Shown piece by piece: positions 8,771 through 18,431 of a stretch of 64,000 nt of DNA. Every line of letters starts with the position of its first letter. The first letter of the stretch is position 1. Origin of the DNA: a virus. A program made the translations under genes and the position numbers. The stretch is from the IMG/VR virus record IMGVR_UViG_3300046501_000082, positions 1 through 64,000 of that record; one strand, written 5' to 3'. Under the pieces are notes generated by a model. It was given only the letters and a program-made list of their open reading frames with translations, searched no databases and was not told where the DNA came from.

Positions 8771-10054
8771 ATGGCTGAAATTGATAACATCATCCAGATT
8801 ACGATTAGCCGGGAGAGTGCTGCTGTATCGACGGCCTCATTCAATATCCCATTAATCCTTGCCTCTTTCACAAACTTCGCTGAACGTGCTCGTACTTATA
8901 CAGATATTGATGCTGTAGGCGAGGACTTCAACAGTACAGATAAAGCTTATATCCTTGCTCAGAAAGAGTTTGGTCAAAGTGCTGTAGGTGCTGTACCACC
9001 AAGTGTTGTAATTGGTCGCCGTCAAGTAGATAGCACCACGTTCACACCTGTTGTGTCTGATGCTACAGACTACACTGTAACCGTTAATGGCACTCCTTAC
9101 ACTGTAACTTCTGGTACTGGTGCAACTGCCACTGCAATTGTTACTGCTTTGAAGGCTGCTATCGGTACTCCTACTGGTATCACACTGTCTGGCACCGCAA
9201 CTTTGACTGTTGCTCCCACTGCACCGGGCAGTGCTTGGAGCGTATCTGCAAGTTCTAACTTGACAGCCGTGAACCTTGCACCAACTGAAACTATGGCTGA
9301 TGCACTGGATGCAATCTCCGCAGTTAACAACACTTGGTATGCAGTTGTTTCTGATAGCCACATTCAAGCTGAAGTTGTAGCTTTGAGTGATGCTGTTGCT
9401 TCACGTCGTAAGATATTTGGCACCTCTAGTCAAGATCCTGCTGTAATTACTACTGGCACTACAGACGTAGCGGCTGTTCTTAAGGCAAAAAGTGCTTCCC
9501 GTACTTACGGTGTGTACTTGCCTACAGCAGACACTGAATACCCTGAAGCTGCGTGGATGGGGGCTCAACTTCCCTACACTCCGGGAAGTAATGACTGGGA
9601 TTTCAAACGTCTTTCTGGCGTAACTGTCAGTTCTTTGAGCGACACTGCCCGTGTAAATCTTCGTGCTAAAAACATGAACATGTACACTGCTGTTGGTGGC
9701 CTCAATGTAATGCAAGACGGTAACATGTTTGACGGTACTCCAATTGATGAAATCATTGGTACTGACTGGCTGTATGCTCGTTTGCAAGAACAGATTTATT
9801 TCCGACTGGTTAACACCTTGAAGATTCCAATGACTAATGCTGGTCTGGTTATCATTGAAAATGAAATCCGTTCTGTGCTTTCGCAAGCTGAAGCCAATGG
9901 TTTGATTGCTCGTGGTTGGACAGTTACTGTTCCTGATGTTAGCGAGATTCCAGTTACTCTTCGTGCTGCTCGTACTGCCGGTGTATTCCAATTCCGGGCA
10001 CGACTTGCCGGGTCAATTCGTAAAGTCATCGTTAACGGCTTCCTTTCTGTATAA
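8771..10054 (+). CDS. tail sheath protein (DUF3383-like)
   Basis: 427 aa; PGSNDWDFKRL.GV, IDEIIGTDWL, KIPMT..G motifs. Confidence 0.9.
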   Translation: MAEIDNIIQITISRESAAVSTASFNIPLILASFTNFAERARTYTDIDAVGEDFNSTDKAYILAQKEFGQSAVGAVPPSVVIGRRQVDSTTFTPVVSDATDYTVTVNGTPYTVTSGTGATATAIVTALKAAIGTPTGITLSGTATLTVAPTAPGSAWSVSASSNLTAVNLAPTETMADALDAISAVNNTWYAVVSDSHIQAEVVALSDAVASRRKIFGTSSQDPAVITTGTTDVAAVLKAKSASRTYGVYLPTADTEYPEAAWMGAQLPYTPGSNDWDFKRLSGVTVSSLSDTARVNLRAKNMNMYTAVGGLNVMQDGNMFDGTPIDEIIGTDWLYARLQEQIYFRLVNTLKIPMTNAGLVIIENEIRSVLSQAEANGLIARGWTVTVPDVSEIPVTLRAARTAGVFQFRARLAGSIRKVIVNGFLSV

Positions 10055-10071
10055 TCTAGGAGATTATTAAT

Positions 10072-10599
10072 ATGGCAGATTCTCTGCTCGGTAACTACTC
10101 TCCAGAGAGTATGGTAATTGTTCTAAGTAAGGGTGATTTTGTACATACCATTACAGGCTATGCTGATGGTACATTCCTTACTATTGATCGTATCACTCCA
10201 GCATCTGAACTTTACGTAGGGGCTGACCTTAGTACGGGTCGTGTAAAACGTCGTAATAAAGCCTCTACTATCACCCTTACTTTGATGCAGCATGCAGCTT
10301 CTAACGCAGTAATGCAAGCACTGCAACGGGCTGACGAAGATGATGATATTGGTAACGAATGGGTCTTTGCAATCACGATCAAGGACTTGAGCGGCACTGG
10401 TATCTGGTCTTCTAATCAAGCATTCATTGCAACCAACCCTTCCACCACTTTCAGTACAACTACTGAGACTCGTGATTGGGTGATTCAGGCAGTAAGTTTG
10501 AGTGCTAACGTTGGCTCCAACACCCTGTTTGATGCGGCTGAAGTTGCAGCTATGAATGCACTTGGTGCAGATGTAGATACTCGTTGGCAGTTGGCATAA
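10072..10599 (+). CDS. tail tube protein (DUF3277-like)
   Basis: After sheath; YSP, ITGYADGTF, ITLTLMQ..SN motifs; followed by terminator. Confidence 0.82.
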   Translation: MADSLLGNYSPESMVIVLSKGDFVHTITGYADGTFLTIDRITPASELYVGADLSTGRVKRRNKASTITLTLMQHAASNAVMQALQRADEDDDIGNEWVFAITIKDLSGTGIWSSNQAFIATNPSTTFSTTTETRDWVIQAVSLSANVGSNTLFDAAEVAAMNALGADVDTRWQLA

Positions 10600-10612
10600 C
10601 TCGCAAGCTTAT

Positions 10613-10634
10613 GGGGCAGAAATGCCCCTATTCT
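10613..10634 (+). terminator. terminator after tube gene
   Basis: GGGGCA-GAAA-TGCCCC-TATTCT. Confidence 0.65.
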
Positions 10635-10642
10635 ACTGAGGT

Positions 10643-11149
10643 GTGGACATGACTAAATTAGCTACATACATACCTGAAGCTTGTACTTTTCTTGCGTTTG
10701 GTATCCCGATTGAAGGCTTTGTTGATGGCACATTCATCAATATTAGCAAAGATGTACTTCCTTATAGTACAGTTAAAACACCAGATGGTACTGTTGCAAG
10801 ACTCTATAACAGTGACCAGACTTATACAATTACACTGACACTTTACAGTGGTAGTGATTCAAATGATGTTCTGACCAAGCTTTGGCAACTAGATGAAATT
10901 ACCCAACGTGGTAAATTTCCCGTATTTTTAAAAGATTCTAGTGGTTCAGACTTATTCTTTTCTGCAACAACTTGGATTGAATCTCCAGCCTCTATTGTAA
11001 AGAGTAACTCTTTTGAAAGTAGAACTTGGGTATTCAAATCTTCGTCTGCTGTTATCAACATTGGTGGTAACGGAGATGCATCATCTATTCTGAATGATCT
11101 TGTTAATCTTGCTACATCAGCCCTGCCTATTCTTGAAGGAGTTTTGTAA
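10643..11149 (+). CDS. tail tube-like paralog 2
   Basis: YIP, IEGFVDGTFI, ITLTL..S.SN, KDSSG shared with 10072 protein. Confidence 0.72.
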   Translation: MDMTKLATYIPEACTFLAFGIPIEGFVDGTFINISKDVLPYSTVKTPDGTVARLYNSDQTYTITLTLYSGSDSNDVLTKLWQLDEITQRGKFPVFLKDSSGSDLFFSATTWIESPASIVKSNSFESRTWVFKSSSAVINIGGNGDASSILNDLVNLATSALPILEGVL

Positions 11150-11643
11150 TGGCTAACTCTTTCTCCGTATTTAGTTATAGTCCGAAGGATGTAATTCTAA
11201 CTATTGGCGGCTACCAAGTTACAGGCTGGCAAAGTATTACGATTACAAGACCAAAAGGTGTAAGAACTGTCAAAGGTATCCGAGGGAAACATACTCGCGA
11301 TATCAGCAGAGACACTTCAGCAACACTGAGCTTTACACTTTTACAAAGCACACAAGCAAATGAAGTTATGTCTTATATTCATGAGACAGACCTTACAGAG
11401 GGTACAGGACGGATTAGCCTAACCTTGAAAGATAACTCTGGTAAAAGTGTATTCTCTTCTGATGAAGGTTATATTACTGGTTATCCAACTGTCACTTTTA
11501 CTGGTCAGTTTGAGAATCGTCCTTGGGAGCTATTTTTACAGTCCACCAAGAGCTTTATAGTTGGAGGTAATCAAAGGCCCTCCACCGGTTTGTTTGATAG
11601 TGCATTAAATGAAGCATCTAACTTTGTAAGCGATTTGCTTTAA
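11149..11643 (+). CDS. tail tube-like paralog 3
   Basis: YSPKDV.LTIGG, FTLLQS...N, KDNSG shared motifs. Confidence 0.7.
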   Translation: MANSFSVFSYSPKDVILTIGGYQVTGWQSITITRPKGVRTVKGIRGKHTRDISRDTSATLSFTLLQSTQANEVMSYIHETDLTEGTGRISLTLKDNSGKSVFSSDEGYITGYPTVTFTGQFENRPWELFLQSTKSFIVGGNQRPSTGLFDSALNEASNFVSDLL

Positions 11644-11668
11644 ATAATAATTAACTTGAGATAAAATA

Positions 11669-11980
11669 ATGGCGCTCGAAGTATTGGAACAAACAACTAT
11701 TACAGTTGATGATGTGGATTATCTTGTAAGTGCAATGCCTTCCACTCGTGGCTTGCAGTTCATGGAACAGTATCAAGAAGAAATTGATAGCGGCAAAGAT
11801 AACCTTGCAATGCGTAAACAAGTGATCTGTAACTTTGTCAGCAAAGATAATCAGATGATCACAGATAAACGTTTTGATATCGTCTTCTCTCGCAAATATA
11901 AACACCTCTCTAAGCTGTACACTGAAGTAGTTAAATGGAATTTTCCTGATTTTTTCGAAGTACCCGGTACAGAAGAGTAA
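11669..11980 (+). CDS. tail assembly chaperone (gpG-like)
   Basis: Position before tape measure; ends in slippery T TTT TTC. Confidence 0.8.
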   Translation: MALEVLEQTTITVDDVDYLVSAMPSTRGLQFMEQYQEEIDSGKDNLAMRKQVICNFVSKDNQMITDKRFDIVFSRKYKHLSKLYTEVVKWNFPDFFEVPGTEE

Positions 11981-12222
11981 CCAATCAGGCTACTTCACCG
12001 GCTAGTACAAGTCTAGATAAAGAAGTTCAAGAAAAGTTTTCTGGTAGCTGGCAAATCTTTCGTATTATGTCCCATCCTCAAGGTGGTCTGGATTTAGCTA
12101 CAAAGTTTATGAGTGATAAACTTAGCATCCGTACGTTATTTGACACTCTTGAGATGTTAGACGTGTACGATGCTTTGAAGAAACAAGCTGAAGATAGACA
12201 AAAGAATACTAAATCTAAATAG
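11950..12222 (+). CDS. -1 frameshift extension of tail chaperone (gpGT-like)
   Basis: T TTT TTC at 11950-11956; -1 frame open to TAG 12220-12222 (RSTRYRRV...NTKSK*). Confidence 0.8.
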   Translation, partial: FFRSTRYRRVTNQATSPASTSLDKEVQEKFSGSWQIFRIMSHPQGGLDLATKFMSDKLSIRTLFDTLEMLDVYDALKKQAEDRQKNTKSK

Positions 12223-12236
12223 CGGAGTAATATAAA

Positions 12237-14465
12237 ATTAAAATTGCAGACTACTTCGCAGAGTTCTCTTTAAGGGTAGATAAGTCATCATTCGCTAAAG
12301 CCGATAAAGAACTGGACTCTCTTGAAGCAAGGATAAAAGGTTTAGGCACTTCTTCTGGTAAAGGTTTTAGACTCTCTAACTTCTTTGTAAGACAAGAGAA
12401 GCTTGATGCTGCTCTGCTGAAAGGTTTAGAGATAGCGAGCACTAAATTAACTTTTAATATCAGTAAGTTTGATGTGCATCAAGGGGCTATGAACTTAGCT
12501 CTTGGTACGGCATTAGATATTGCTAGTGCAAGAAATACATTTCAAATCTCCCGTTTCCATATTGACCAATCGCATCTTAACACAGCTTTAATTGCTGCAA
12601 TGAAAGAAGCGACACTCCTAGCTTCTAAAGCCTCAACACTACGACCTAATGCACATGTTAACCCTCTAGGTGGCGCAAATGACAGCACTATTAGACCAAG
12701 ACACGTAGCAGCTGCCGGTGGTATCGCCGGGGGCTTATCTCGTGTTTATGGTCCAGCTTTAGCACTAGGTTTAGGGGGTTATGGGCTTGCAGAACTGAAT
12801 CAGCGTAACCAACAGGTTGTGTCTGCTGAGCTTCAGTCCAGTGCTGTTGTACAACAAGCTGGTGGTACTTCTCAACAAGGTAAAGCCTCTTTCCAATATC
12901 TTCGTAATGAAGGTGAGCGGATTGGGTTCAACTATCTAGATGCGTCCCAAGATTATAATAAGCTCATCTCAGGTCTTACAGGCTCAGGTGTTGGTCTTCA
13001 AGAAAGTCAGAAAGTGTTTAGCGGTTTTGCTGAACTTGCTCGTGTAAATAAACTTGACAAGACTACACAGAATCGTTTGTTCCGTGCTCTGTCTCAAGTA
13101 GCTGGTAAAGGGAAGTTGCAAGCTGAAGAATTGACTTCTCAAATTTCTGAAGCTTTGCCGGGTGGCACTGCACTCTTCGCACAAGCTTACCAAGCTCAGA
13201 TTGGCGGCAACAAAACTGGTGCTGAAGCTATTCAACAGCTTATGGCTGACATGAAGAAAGGTAAAGTCACTAGTGACATCCTCACATATGCTGGTGCAGC
13301 AGCTTCGCAGAGAGCTAATGAAGGTGGTGCATTAGGTGCAGCCTCTACAGCATCTCAAGCTGAACAAGCACGTTATCAGAACTCTGTAAATGATTTGGCA
13401 GTGGTTGCATCTGGCGCTGGTGTTGAAGAGGGTTTTGCTCGTATCTTCCGTACACTCAATGCTGGTCTTTCTGAGTCTGGTGACTTGGTTAAAGACCTTG
13501 CTGAAGGATTCAACGAAGCTACTAAGTGGGCCGATGATCTTCTATTGTGGCCTCAAAGCTTCAGTCGTGCCCTTGATGGCAAAGACAGCCTTGTAGCTGA
13601 TTGGCTTGGTAAAGATCAGACTGCACAGCTTATCTCTGACTGGACACAAATCAAATCCTTGTGGGCTGATATCAATTCTGTACAAGCTCCTAGCTGGCTC
13701 CCCACTTTGGAATCTACATCTAAAGAACTTAAATCTCTTCTAGATGCTATTGCAAGGCTCAAAGGGACATCCGATCAAGCTTCTGGTATCATCAAAGAAG
13801 AGTATCAGAAAGATCCTAGTGTATGGGGCAATATTAAAGGTGTAGCTAAAGCTAACTGGTTCACTTTCTCAAACACAGTTGATGCTTTAAATCCAATGGA
13901 TATGGATCAGGCTAAGAAGAATTGGGGTGGTTGGTTAGGCATTGATAGCTGGAAGAATCCAGACAATGCTGCACCAACTCAATTTGATAGTCCTGAATCA
14001 CAAAGGCAGTTTGCATTAGACAGTGCAGCAGCAGCCCAAGAAGATGGTATACGTGCTCGCATGAGTATGTCGCTTGATCGTGGAAAGGATTCTGGTCTTG
14101 GGATGATGTTCTCTACAGAACAAGCTCAAGGTATTTTCCCGGACTACGCCAATGGTGCCCAGTTTAACAACTATCAATCACCCATGTTTGATCCTATCAC
14201 TACAGATGGTGGCGAAAAGAATGCTTGGCAACCACAGACTCCTGTAGAGATTGCTGACTACAATAAATCTCTTGCAATGTCTCAAGCTGAAGCTGCGGTA
14301 ACTAATAACAATGTGACTAACAATTTCGATGTTACCTTGAATGTTGATGCCACCCTTGCTGGTATTGAAGTTGAGGCACAAGCACAAGCAATGGCTAACG
14401 CAACAGCAACAGCACTTACAGGAGCTTTTGAACAAGCTCAAGTCAATTGGCCCACTAGGGAGTAA
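12237..14465 (+). CDS. tape measure protein (probable ATT start, 742 aa)
   Basis: Tape_meas motif ALSQVAGKGKLQAEEL..QISEALPG; frame open from 12231; RBS GGAG 12224-12227. Confidence 0.85.
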   Translation: MKIADYFAEFSLRVDKSSFAKADKELDSLEARIKGLGTSSGKGFRLSNFFVRQEKLDAALLKGLEIASTKLTFNISKFDVHQGAMNLALGTALDIASARNTFQISRFHIDQSHLNTALIAAMKEATLLASKASTLRPNAHVNPLGGANDSTIRPRHVAAAGGIAGGLSRVYGPALALGLGGYGLAELNQRNQQVVSAELQSSAVVQQAGGTSQQGKASFQYLRNEGERIGFNYLDASQDYNKLISGLTGSGVGLQESQKVFSGFAELARVNKLDKTTQNRLFRALSQVAGKGKLQAEELTSQISEALPGGTALFAQAYQAQIGGNKTGAEAIQQLMADMKKGKVTSDILTYAGAAASQRANEGGALGAASTASQAEQARYQNSVNDLAVVASGAGVEEGFARIFRTLNAGLSESGDLVKDLAEGFNEATKWADDLLLWPQSFSRALDGKDSLVADWLGKDQTAQLISDWTQIKSLWADINSVQAPSWLPTLESTSKELKSLLDAIARLKGTSDQASGIIKEEYQKDPSVWGNIKGVAKANWFTFSNTVDALNPMDMDQAKKNWGGWLGIDSWKNPDNAAPTQFDSPESQRQFALDSAAAAQEDGIRARMSMSLDRGKDSGLGMMFSTEQAQGIFPDYANGAQFNNYQSPMFDPITTDGGEKNAWQPQTPVEIADYNKSLAMSQAEAAVTNNNVTNNFDVTLNVDATLAGIEVEAQAQAMANATATALTGAFEQAQVNWPTRE

Positions 14466-14468
14466 AAC

Positions 14469-15251
14469 ATGTCGCTTAGTCTCAAGTGGGGTGATAGTAA
14501 TACTGGCGGGATGATTTTCTTTGACGCCACGATTTCGATGAATCGTTCTAATAAAGGGCAAGTGACTAAACATCCAATTGCCCTTGGTTCTTTTATTGTT
14601 GACCACTACATTGTTGAGAATAAAGTTATCAGTCTAAATGCTGTAATCTCAGGGGCTGATATTTCTACCAACACCTATCTTATTCAAGACTTGGATGGGA
14701 ATGCACCATATAATAGCTTTGAGCCCCCTACTGCTGTATCTGTTAACAGTACGGACCAGAGTGTTTTAAAGAAATTCATTCCAGACAGTATTGGACAGTT
14801 CCTTTCTGATAGTACTCCAGAAGTAGTACTTGACAGTGCCAGAGAAGATCTTCTAGAACAAATCAGATCAGCTATGGAAGGTTTGATGAGCGGTGTTATC
14901 TATAATGATAAGACTGGTCAGTTTGATCCTAACATTCAACTTGTTGAGCTGTACGAATACGATGGAACAATTCTTCGTAAAATTACTGGTAATCTAGTAA
15001 TTACAGATTTGAATTTTAAAGAAGATGTTAATTCTGGATATGCTTTATATTTTGATATGAAGTTAGAGCAAGTTACCTTTGCCTTCTTAAAGAAAGCCGT
15101 AATTCCTAAAAATATTACAGATTCCCTCAAAAAGAAGGCTGCTCCTAAATCTACAAAGGGGAAGGCCGATAGCACACCTCAAGTTGATGGGCAGGGAAGT
15201 ACAACAGAGCCTAAAGATGTAGACCCTTTAAGACAAGCTAGGGATAATTAA
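14469..15251 (+). CDS. Dit-like / tube initiator baseplate protein
   Basis: FDAT...VTKHPI..GS.IVDH motif, position after TMP. Confidence 0.7.
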   Translation: MSLSLKWGDSNTGGMIFFDATISMNRSNKGQVTKHPIALGSFIVDHYIVENKVISLNAVISGADISTNTYLIQDLDGNAPYNSFEPPTAVSVNSTDQSVLKKFIPDSIGQFLSDSTPEVVLDSAREDLLEQIRSAMEGLMSGVIYNDKTGQFDPNIQLVELYEYDGTILRKITGNLVITDLNFKEDVNSGYALYFDMKLEQVTFAFLKKAVIPKNITDSLKKKAAPKSTKGKADSTPQVDGQGSTTEPKDVDPLRQARDN

Positions 15252-15586
15252 TGACTGACTACTATATATCTCTGCCTTTGTATTCAGATCCAGATTATAA
15301 TTATGCTGTCAACTTACAAGGCAACTCTTATGTTCTTGATTTTAAGTATAACTCAAGAGCAGGTCTTTACTTTCTTTCTTTACTGACAGCAGAAAACGTA
15401 CCTTTGGTACAAAGTGTTGCTCTTGTACCAACATATCCAATTATGAAAGACTATTCCCTAAACACCCTAACTGGATTCTTCTGGATGGAAGAGAAAGCAG
15501 ATATTATTTCTGAACCTTATAAGCTTTATCCAGAAAACATTGATGAGTATTACAATCTATTCTATATATATTCAACGGAAGATTAA
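15251..15586 (+). CDS. small baseplate protein
   Basis: Position; Y.LDFKYNSR motif. Confidence 0.6.
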   Translation: MTDYYISLPLYSDPDYNYAVNLQGNSYVLDFKYNSRAGLYFLSLLTAENVPLVQSVALVPTYPIMKDYSLNTLTGFFWMEEKADIISEPYKLYPENIDEYYNLFYIYSTED

Positions 15587-15589
15587 GTT

Positions 15590-16489
15590 ATGGATGGATA
15601 TCAAAAGAATAGAGTCTTCAGCCTGATAGTCGGTAATCCAAAGTCAGGTGAAGCTTTTGAGATACAGAATAATCTGCAAGTAACTTTTGATGTCAGTAAA
15701 AGCACAGATAATAAAAAACGTACGAACTCTGCTGCTATTGAAATCTATAACTTGAACCCTGATCAATTGAAATTGCTTGATAGTGATTACCCTGCTGCTG
15801 CATTGAGTGTAGGTTATTTGGATGCAGGAAACCTTAAAAGGATTTTCGGTGGGGTGGTTAACCATGTCAGTATTCGTAAATCTGGCACGGATGTAATTTG
15901 TCAATTACAATTAGGCTCAGGATACCAAGAGTTAAATCATGAAGTATTGAATGAGATTGTTCCTCCGGGGAGTAGTGTAAGGGAAGTTGCAGAGACATTG
16001 CGAAAAGCATTACCCGGAGTGAGTCGTGGTGTCTACAATGGAACAAACTTAAATAATGAGATTCTCTATGGTTATCCTCTAATGGGTAGCCCTAAAGAAA
16101 TGTTAGATGAATTAGCTTCTAAGTTTGCACTTGACTGGCAAGTAGATGATGATGTTCTTTATATTAAGAATAACGATAGAGCTAACAACGAAAATTTCAA
16201 TGAAGCTTATGTCATCTCAGCCTATACTGGATTAATTGAAAACGCATACCGTGTCTCAGGAGACCGTAAAAGGTCTAAGAAAGACAAAGCTAAGAAACCC
16301 GGTATTCAGATGAAAATTCTATTAAATCCGGATATTGTTGCTGGAGATATTATTAGACTTGAGGATACTTATATTACTGGTTGGTTTAGGGTAGACAGCT
16401 TACGTCACTCTGGTGGCTATAGATCAAAGTCTTGGACCACTGAAATTAAAGCTTCATATCTTGAGAAGGTAGATAAAGATGCCAATTGA
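15590..16489 (+). CDS. baseplate hub protein
   Basis: A.IEIYNL, L.VGY, IF.G, LLNP.I motifs. Confidence 0.75.
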   Translation: MDGYQKNRVFSLIVGNPKSGEAFEIQNNLQVTFDVSKSTDNKKRTNSAAIEIYNLNPDQLKLLDSDYPAAALSVGYLDAGNLKRIFGGVVNHVSIRKSGTDVICQLQLGSGYQELNHEVLNEIVPPGSSVREVAETLRKALPGVSRGVYNGTNLNNEILYGYPLMGSPKEMLDELASKFALDWQVDDDVLYIKNNDRANNENFNEAYVISAYTGLIENAYRVSGDRKRSKKDKAKKPGIQMKILLNPDIVAGDIIRLEDTYITGWFRVDSLRHSGGYRSKSWTTEIKASYLEKVDKDAN

Positions 16490-17267
16490 TACGGGTTTGG
16501 TAGCCGCTATTCAAGATACAGTTAATTCAGCCTTTGATTATAAGATGGAAAGCGTAAACACTGCTATCCCTTGTATTGTTATTGCTGTGAGAGATAGCGG
16601 CAGTGGTCAGATGGTGGACATCCAGCCCACAATCAATCAAAAGTTACAGGATGGTACAGTAAAGGAACGACCACCTATTTACGGTGTTCCAATCTCTTTC
16701 CCGGTGTCCAGTAAAGCTGGTATGACCTTCCCCATTGAAGTCGGGACTACAGGTACAGCTATTTTCTCTATGAGGGATATGGAAGCTTGGAAGGTTGGTA
16801 ATGGTAGGCCATCTACCCCTCAAACAGCGGGAAAGATGAGTGCTTCGGATGCCATGTTCTATCCGGGTATACAACCCCCCGGCTCAGCTATTAACAACCC
16901 TAGCAAGCATGTTTTAACGCACAGTACATCTGATACCGTGATGTTTTCAAACCTAGGTGGGGTTGAAGCTGAGGTTAGGATTAAAGCTGATGGTAGTATT
17001 GAAGTTAATACAAGCAACCAACCAGTTACTATCAATTGCTCTATAGCCAATGTTAATGCCAGTCAAGAAATTAATCTGACAAGTCCTCAAATGAATGTCG
17101 ATGTTCAACAAACTTCTTGGGTTGGTGACATCAGCCACATTGGCGCAACTACTCAAACTGGCAATTACACACAGATGGGCATCTACACTCTCAACTCTGT
17201 CAATGTTAATATTCACACCCATCCGGGGGTAATGTCTGGACCATCAAGTACAGGCCCGATGATCTAA
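16479..17267 (+). CDS. baseplate central spike (Gp138-like N-terminus)
   Basis: VP+.FP, F..RD, SDA.F.PG, C-terminal HTH metal-binding tip. Confidence 0.82.
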   Translation: MPIDTGLVAAIQDTVNSAFDYKMESVNTAIPCIVIAVRDSGSGQMVDIQPTINQKLQDGTVKERPPIYGVPISFPVSSKAGMTFPIEVGTTGTAIFSMRDMEAWKVGNGRPSTPQTAGKMSASDAMFYPGIQPPGSAINNPSKHVLTHSTSDTVMFSNLGGVEAEVRIKADGSIEVNTSNQPVTINCSIANVNASQEINLTSPQMNVDVQQTSWVGDISHIGATTQTGNYTQMGIYTLNSVNVNIHTHPGVMSGPSSTGPMI

Positions 17268-17280
17268 CTGTAGATAAAGC

Positions 17281-17309
17281 TTTACTCCACCTCAAAAATA
17301 TGTTAACTT
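17281..17309 (+). promoter_or_regulatory. sigma70-like promoter of HNH endonuclease
   Basis: TTTACT-17-TAACTT with extended TG. Confidence 0.5.
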
Positions 17310-17341
17310 TGATAATCACCAGTTTGAGGAGTTAAAGTGCT

Positions 17342-18070
17342 ATGAACGAGATGTTAGATACATTCCAAGGCGTGGTAGATGGAAGGACTAAGAATGAGCT
17401 GTACAACACTTTCCAACTCATGATGCGGCGGTGCTACGCGAAGGAATATGAATCCTATAAAAACTATGGTGCTAAAGGAGTTAAAGTAAGCTCCGATTGG
17501 ATGGGTATTGATGGTTTTTGGAACTTTGTCAGAGATATGTCTCCGAGACCACAAGGATTGACTCTGGATAGAATTGATCCAACTGGGGACTACTGCAAAG
17601 AAAATTGCAGATGGGAAACTGACCATATGCAAGCGAATAACACTAGACTAGAAAATATTAACAATACCTCTGGAGTTGCGGGTGTTAGTTGGTGTGTAAG
17701 AGACCTAGTGTATATTGTTCAAATTTCTCTAAACGGCACAAGAACACGAATAGGCGTCTTTTCTGAAGAAAACTTAAACTTAGCTGAGGAAGTTTATCTT
17801 CAAGCCAAAGAAATGAAGTTACTAGGGTACAGTGACCCTGAAATTTATGATAAATTTGTTATCAGTAAGCGACCCAAGGGTAGTAAGGGTATCGTAAGAA
17901 GGAATAAAACTTCCAAGTACTGGGGTGTTTCCTATATAAAGAAAGCAAACAATTGGCAAGCCTATACAACTAAATATTTAGGGGTGAGAAAAACAGAGGA
18001 GGAAGCTTACAGATTAGTCCAAGACTGGTTATCATCCCAAGAGGAACTACAGATTGGACCTACTCCTTGA
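17342..18070 (+). mobile_element. free-standing HNH endonuclease with AP2-like domains
   Basis: M..RC, YG.KG, TLDRID..GDY..ENCRW...QANN; SGV.GV and SKYWGV AP2-like repeats. Confidence 0.87.
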
Positions 18071-18422
18071 TGTAAACACCCACGATGCTATCTGGACGAA
18101 TGCACCACTTGATGAGAGTGGTGTAACTAGTCCATTTACTCAAACAATTGCCCAAAGATTAAAAATTCGTTTATTGACATACCAAAATGAATGGTTTTAC
18201 GATACAACTTATGGTATTCCGTATTTCCAGTCTATCTTAGCTAAAAAAACAACCAAAGCTAATGTGGATTTAATCTTCCAGCAAGCCATCTTATCAGAGC
18301 CCGGTGTAAAACAGATTGTAACTTTCACATCGACTCTCATAAACAGACAATACAGCTTAACATTCTCAGTGAAGGTTGTTGACGGAACTGTCACACAACC
18401 TATTACAATTACTCCAGTTTAA
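18054..18422 (+). CDS. baseplate wedge / sheath initiator (DUF2634-like)
   Basis: QRLKIRL....EWF.D..YGIPY motif. Confidence 0.75.
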   Translation: MDLLLDVNTHDAIWTNAPLDESGVTSPFTQTIAQRLKIRLLTYQNEWFYDTTYGIPYFQSILAKKTTKANVDLIFQQAILSEPGVKQIVTFTSTLINRQYSLTFSVKVVDGTVTQPITITPV

Positions 18423-18431
18423 GGAAGCCTA

